From positions 3,008 to 67,007 of the forward strand of contig CAMBFR010000007.1 in assembly GCA_945865815.1 (NCBI GenBank): a DNA stretch of 64,000 bases. The letters are read 5' to 3'. Within the stretch, counting starts at the first letter, position 1, and each line of letters opens with the position of its first letter. The position numbers and the translations under genes were made by a program. This DNA comes from Candidatus Sulfopaludibacter sp. SbA3. Lineage in GTDB: Bacteria > Acidobacteriota > Terriglobia > 20CM-2-55-15. Positions 62,333-64,000 of this stretch are shown here, in pieces. The notes under the pieces were generated by a model. That model saw nothing but the letters and a program-made list of their open reading frames with translations, made no database searches and had not been told where the DNA came from.

Positions 62333-64000
62333 CACAGGAATTTTAACCCAAACTGGGCGATTCGCGGAGACCGGGCAACAAAGAGAGCGCCGAAGTCGGA
62401 GGAGTCCACGAAGTTCTGCATTGATGGCGGGGCAACAAAGTTCGGGTGGTTCAGGACATTGTAGGCATCCGCGCGAAACTGCAGGCGGGTTGCATCGGAA
62501 AGCCTGACACTTCGGGTCAAAGCGGCATCCAGGCTCCAAATGCCGGGCCCGATAATGACGTTCCGCCCGCTGGAGCCGAAGCGCGGACCATCGGGAATTC
62601 GGAAGGCCGCCGGATCGAAGAACCGGTCCGGCGTGGGTTTGGAGACATTGGGATTTCCAACAAGGTCGGGGCGGTTGACAATCGGACTTCCCGTCCCCGA
62701 AACGTCGGTGCCGGTGACAGCCGACAGCGGCGTCCCGGATTGCTTCGTTCCGATGGCCTGGATCTGCCATCCCCGCAATACGGTAATGGCCGGCAGGTTG
62801 TATGTCGCCGAAAACCCGAATCGATGTTTCGTGTGAAAATCGCTGAGACCCCGCTCGGCACGAAGATCGCGGGAGTTTTGCGGGAGCATGCTGATCAGCG
62901 TCGCGTCATCTATCGATCTCGAAAAACGGTATGACGCGGCGAAGCCCAGCCCGGCGCGAAACCGCCTCGCAATCCGCGCTTCGCCGGCGTGCGCTATCGA
63001 TGACGCGCTCGTCTCGAACTGAAAGATGTTGCGAAACTCCGGAAAGGGCCGGCGCTCGCTAAGGGCGTCGAAAGGCCCCGGCGACGGCTGGTTCAGATCC
63101 AGTTGGCGCCTCAGTCTCACGCCTTTTTGCCCCAGATATGAAACATCGGCCTGGAGACCTCCCGGCAGAGGTTGCTGTACCGACAGGCTCCACTGCTGCA
63201 CGTATGGATTCGGTAGTTGCCGCGATGAAGAAAACAGACTCGGCCGCGGAGTCGCGCCCGCCCGCTCAAATGCATCGCCAAGATAGAAACTCGGAAGAAC
63301 AGGGCCGTTGTCCTTCACATCGAAACGCACGAAAGGCGGATTCAGTCCCACCAAGAAAAGACTGTCGCCCACCGTCAACGTGTCATAGAACAGCCCGACA
63401 CCTGCACGCACGAGCATATCTCCGAAAGGCCGCCAGGACAGGCCGGCGCGAGGTCCCCAGTTGTTGCGATCGCGATTATAAAGCCTGTCCGGCGACGCCA
63501 CGAGTTGCCCGGTCGAGGAATCAAAGTTCGACACCATGCCGTCCGTCTCTGTAAAGGGAGACTGGTAGTCGTAGCGTATTCCGGCATTTATCGAAAACCT
63601 CGGCAGCAGCGCCTGGTCGTGCTGGATATAGAAGCTCCCTGTCCAGGTCCGAAAATTTCGCGCAGTATCGCCTTCAATGCGCAACGCGTTGCTTGGAACT
63701 CCCAGCAGCAGGTTTGCAAAGGGATGTCCGGAAAAAATGCCCCCGGTGAACTGGAACTGACCGCGGCTATATAAATCCAGGGATGCGTGAAACGGAAAGT
63801 AACGAACGGTGCCGCCGAATTTCGTGACCGATGCGGCGCCTTGCCGGGAAAAATCATTAAGGAGTTCGAAGCTGCGATTTCGCCGCACCTGCGGCAGATT
63901 CTGCGCGTGGCCGAGGTTCGAAAGACCGGTAACCAGAACTGCCGGAAACGCCGTGCTTCCCATGATGGTGCGTGGCTGCTCCAGAAAGTTCATCGAGAAG
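62329..64000 (-). CDS. TonB-dependent receptor, C-terminal barrel portion (5' end beyond the window)
   Basis: The frame is open to base 64000. The beta-barrel-like alternating pattern ends ...YNVLNHPNF...AQFGLKFLW. This matches the C-termini of the two complete receptors. Confidence 0.7.
   Translation of the reverse strand, partial: FSMNFLEQPRTIMGSTAFPAVLVTGLSNLGHAQNLPQVRRNRSFELLNDFSRQGAASVTKFGGTVRYFPFHASLDLYSRGQFQFTGGIFSGHPFANLLLGVPSNALRIEGDTARNFRTWTGSFYIQHDQALLPRFSINAGIRYDYQSPFTETDGMVSNFDSSTGQLVASPDRLYNRDRNNWGPRAGLSWRPFGDMLVRAGVGLFYDTLTVGDSLFLVGLNPPFVRFDVKDNGPVLPSFYLGDAFERAGATPRPSLFSSSRQLPNPYVQQWSLSVQQPLPGGLQADVSYLGQKGVRLRRQLDLNQPSPGPFDALSERRPFPEFRNIFQFETSASSIAHAGEARIARRFRAGLGFAASYRFSRSIDDATLISMLPQNSRDLRAERGLSDFHTKHRFGFSATYNLPAITVLRGWQIQAIGTKQSGTPLSAVTGTDVSGTGSPIVNRPDLVGNPNVSKPTPDRFFDPAAFRIPDGPRFGSSGRNVIIGPGIWSLDAALTRSVRLSDATRLQFRADAYNVLNHPNFVAPPSMQNFVDSSDFGALFVARSPRIAQFGLKFLW

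Overview
This is a high-GC chromosomal segment of about 50 genes. Gene content suggests an Acidobacteriota-like soil bacterium: three CarboxypepD_reg-type TonB-dependent receptors, a DUF1549/DUF1553 + DUF1501 pair, and an NxxGxxAF-repeat giant protein. That taxonomic call is inference only. I saw no rRNA, tRNA, CRISPR array, IS element or integrase.

Layout:
- 2..4003: 3' part of a Wadjet (JetC, JetD) anti-plasmid system, cut by the window edge.
- 3773..4912: a small accessory islet, with a helical module fused in frame to JetD, an overlapping NTase-fold gene and a DUF1566 remnant.
- 5116..10851: housekeeping and membrane genes (ychF, ZIP, DksA/TraR, CDGSH, NfeD-SPFH, a lone nuoF).
- 11075..20535: a putative acid-uptake locus (IlvD/Edd-like dehydratase, DASS permease, PhtD-like protein, secreted protein, TonB receptor).
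- 20678..25098: a nonsense-mutated hicB between two convergent paralogous giant receptors.
- 25387..39454: secreted and cell-surface proteins, including a CxxCH protein and a 1391-aa Big_2/NxxGxxAF protein that share a roughly 460-aa C-terminal module.
- 39504..54413: rnhB, DUF4416, citryl-CoA-lyase-like, YbaN, SagB-like + SelO, PrmA and assorted enzymes.
- 54647..55828: a GrdB-family gene interrupted only by an in-frame TGA in a U-x-x-C motif, followed by a SECIS-like hairpin. It is a probable selenoprotein that an ORF caller splits in two.
- 55842..61178: PilZ, HIT, cNMP-DUF1003 and an ABC importer.
- 61331..64000: a hypothetical gene coupled to a third TonB receptor that runs off the window.

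The two strongest leads are the JetD::helical-module + NTase junction and the GrdB-like selenoprotein. Other points worth a second look are two dispersed palindromic repeat families, a 119-nt perfect-arm hairpin and the shared uncharacterised C-terminal module. All family assignments come from motif recognition by eye. No database search or computation was run.
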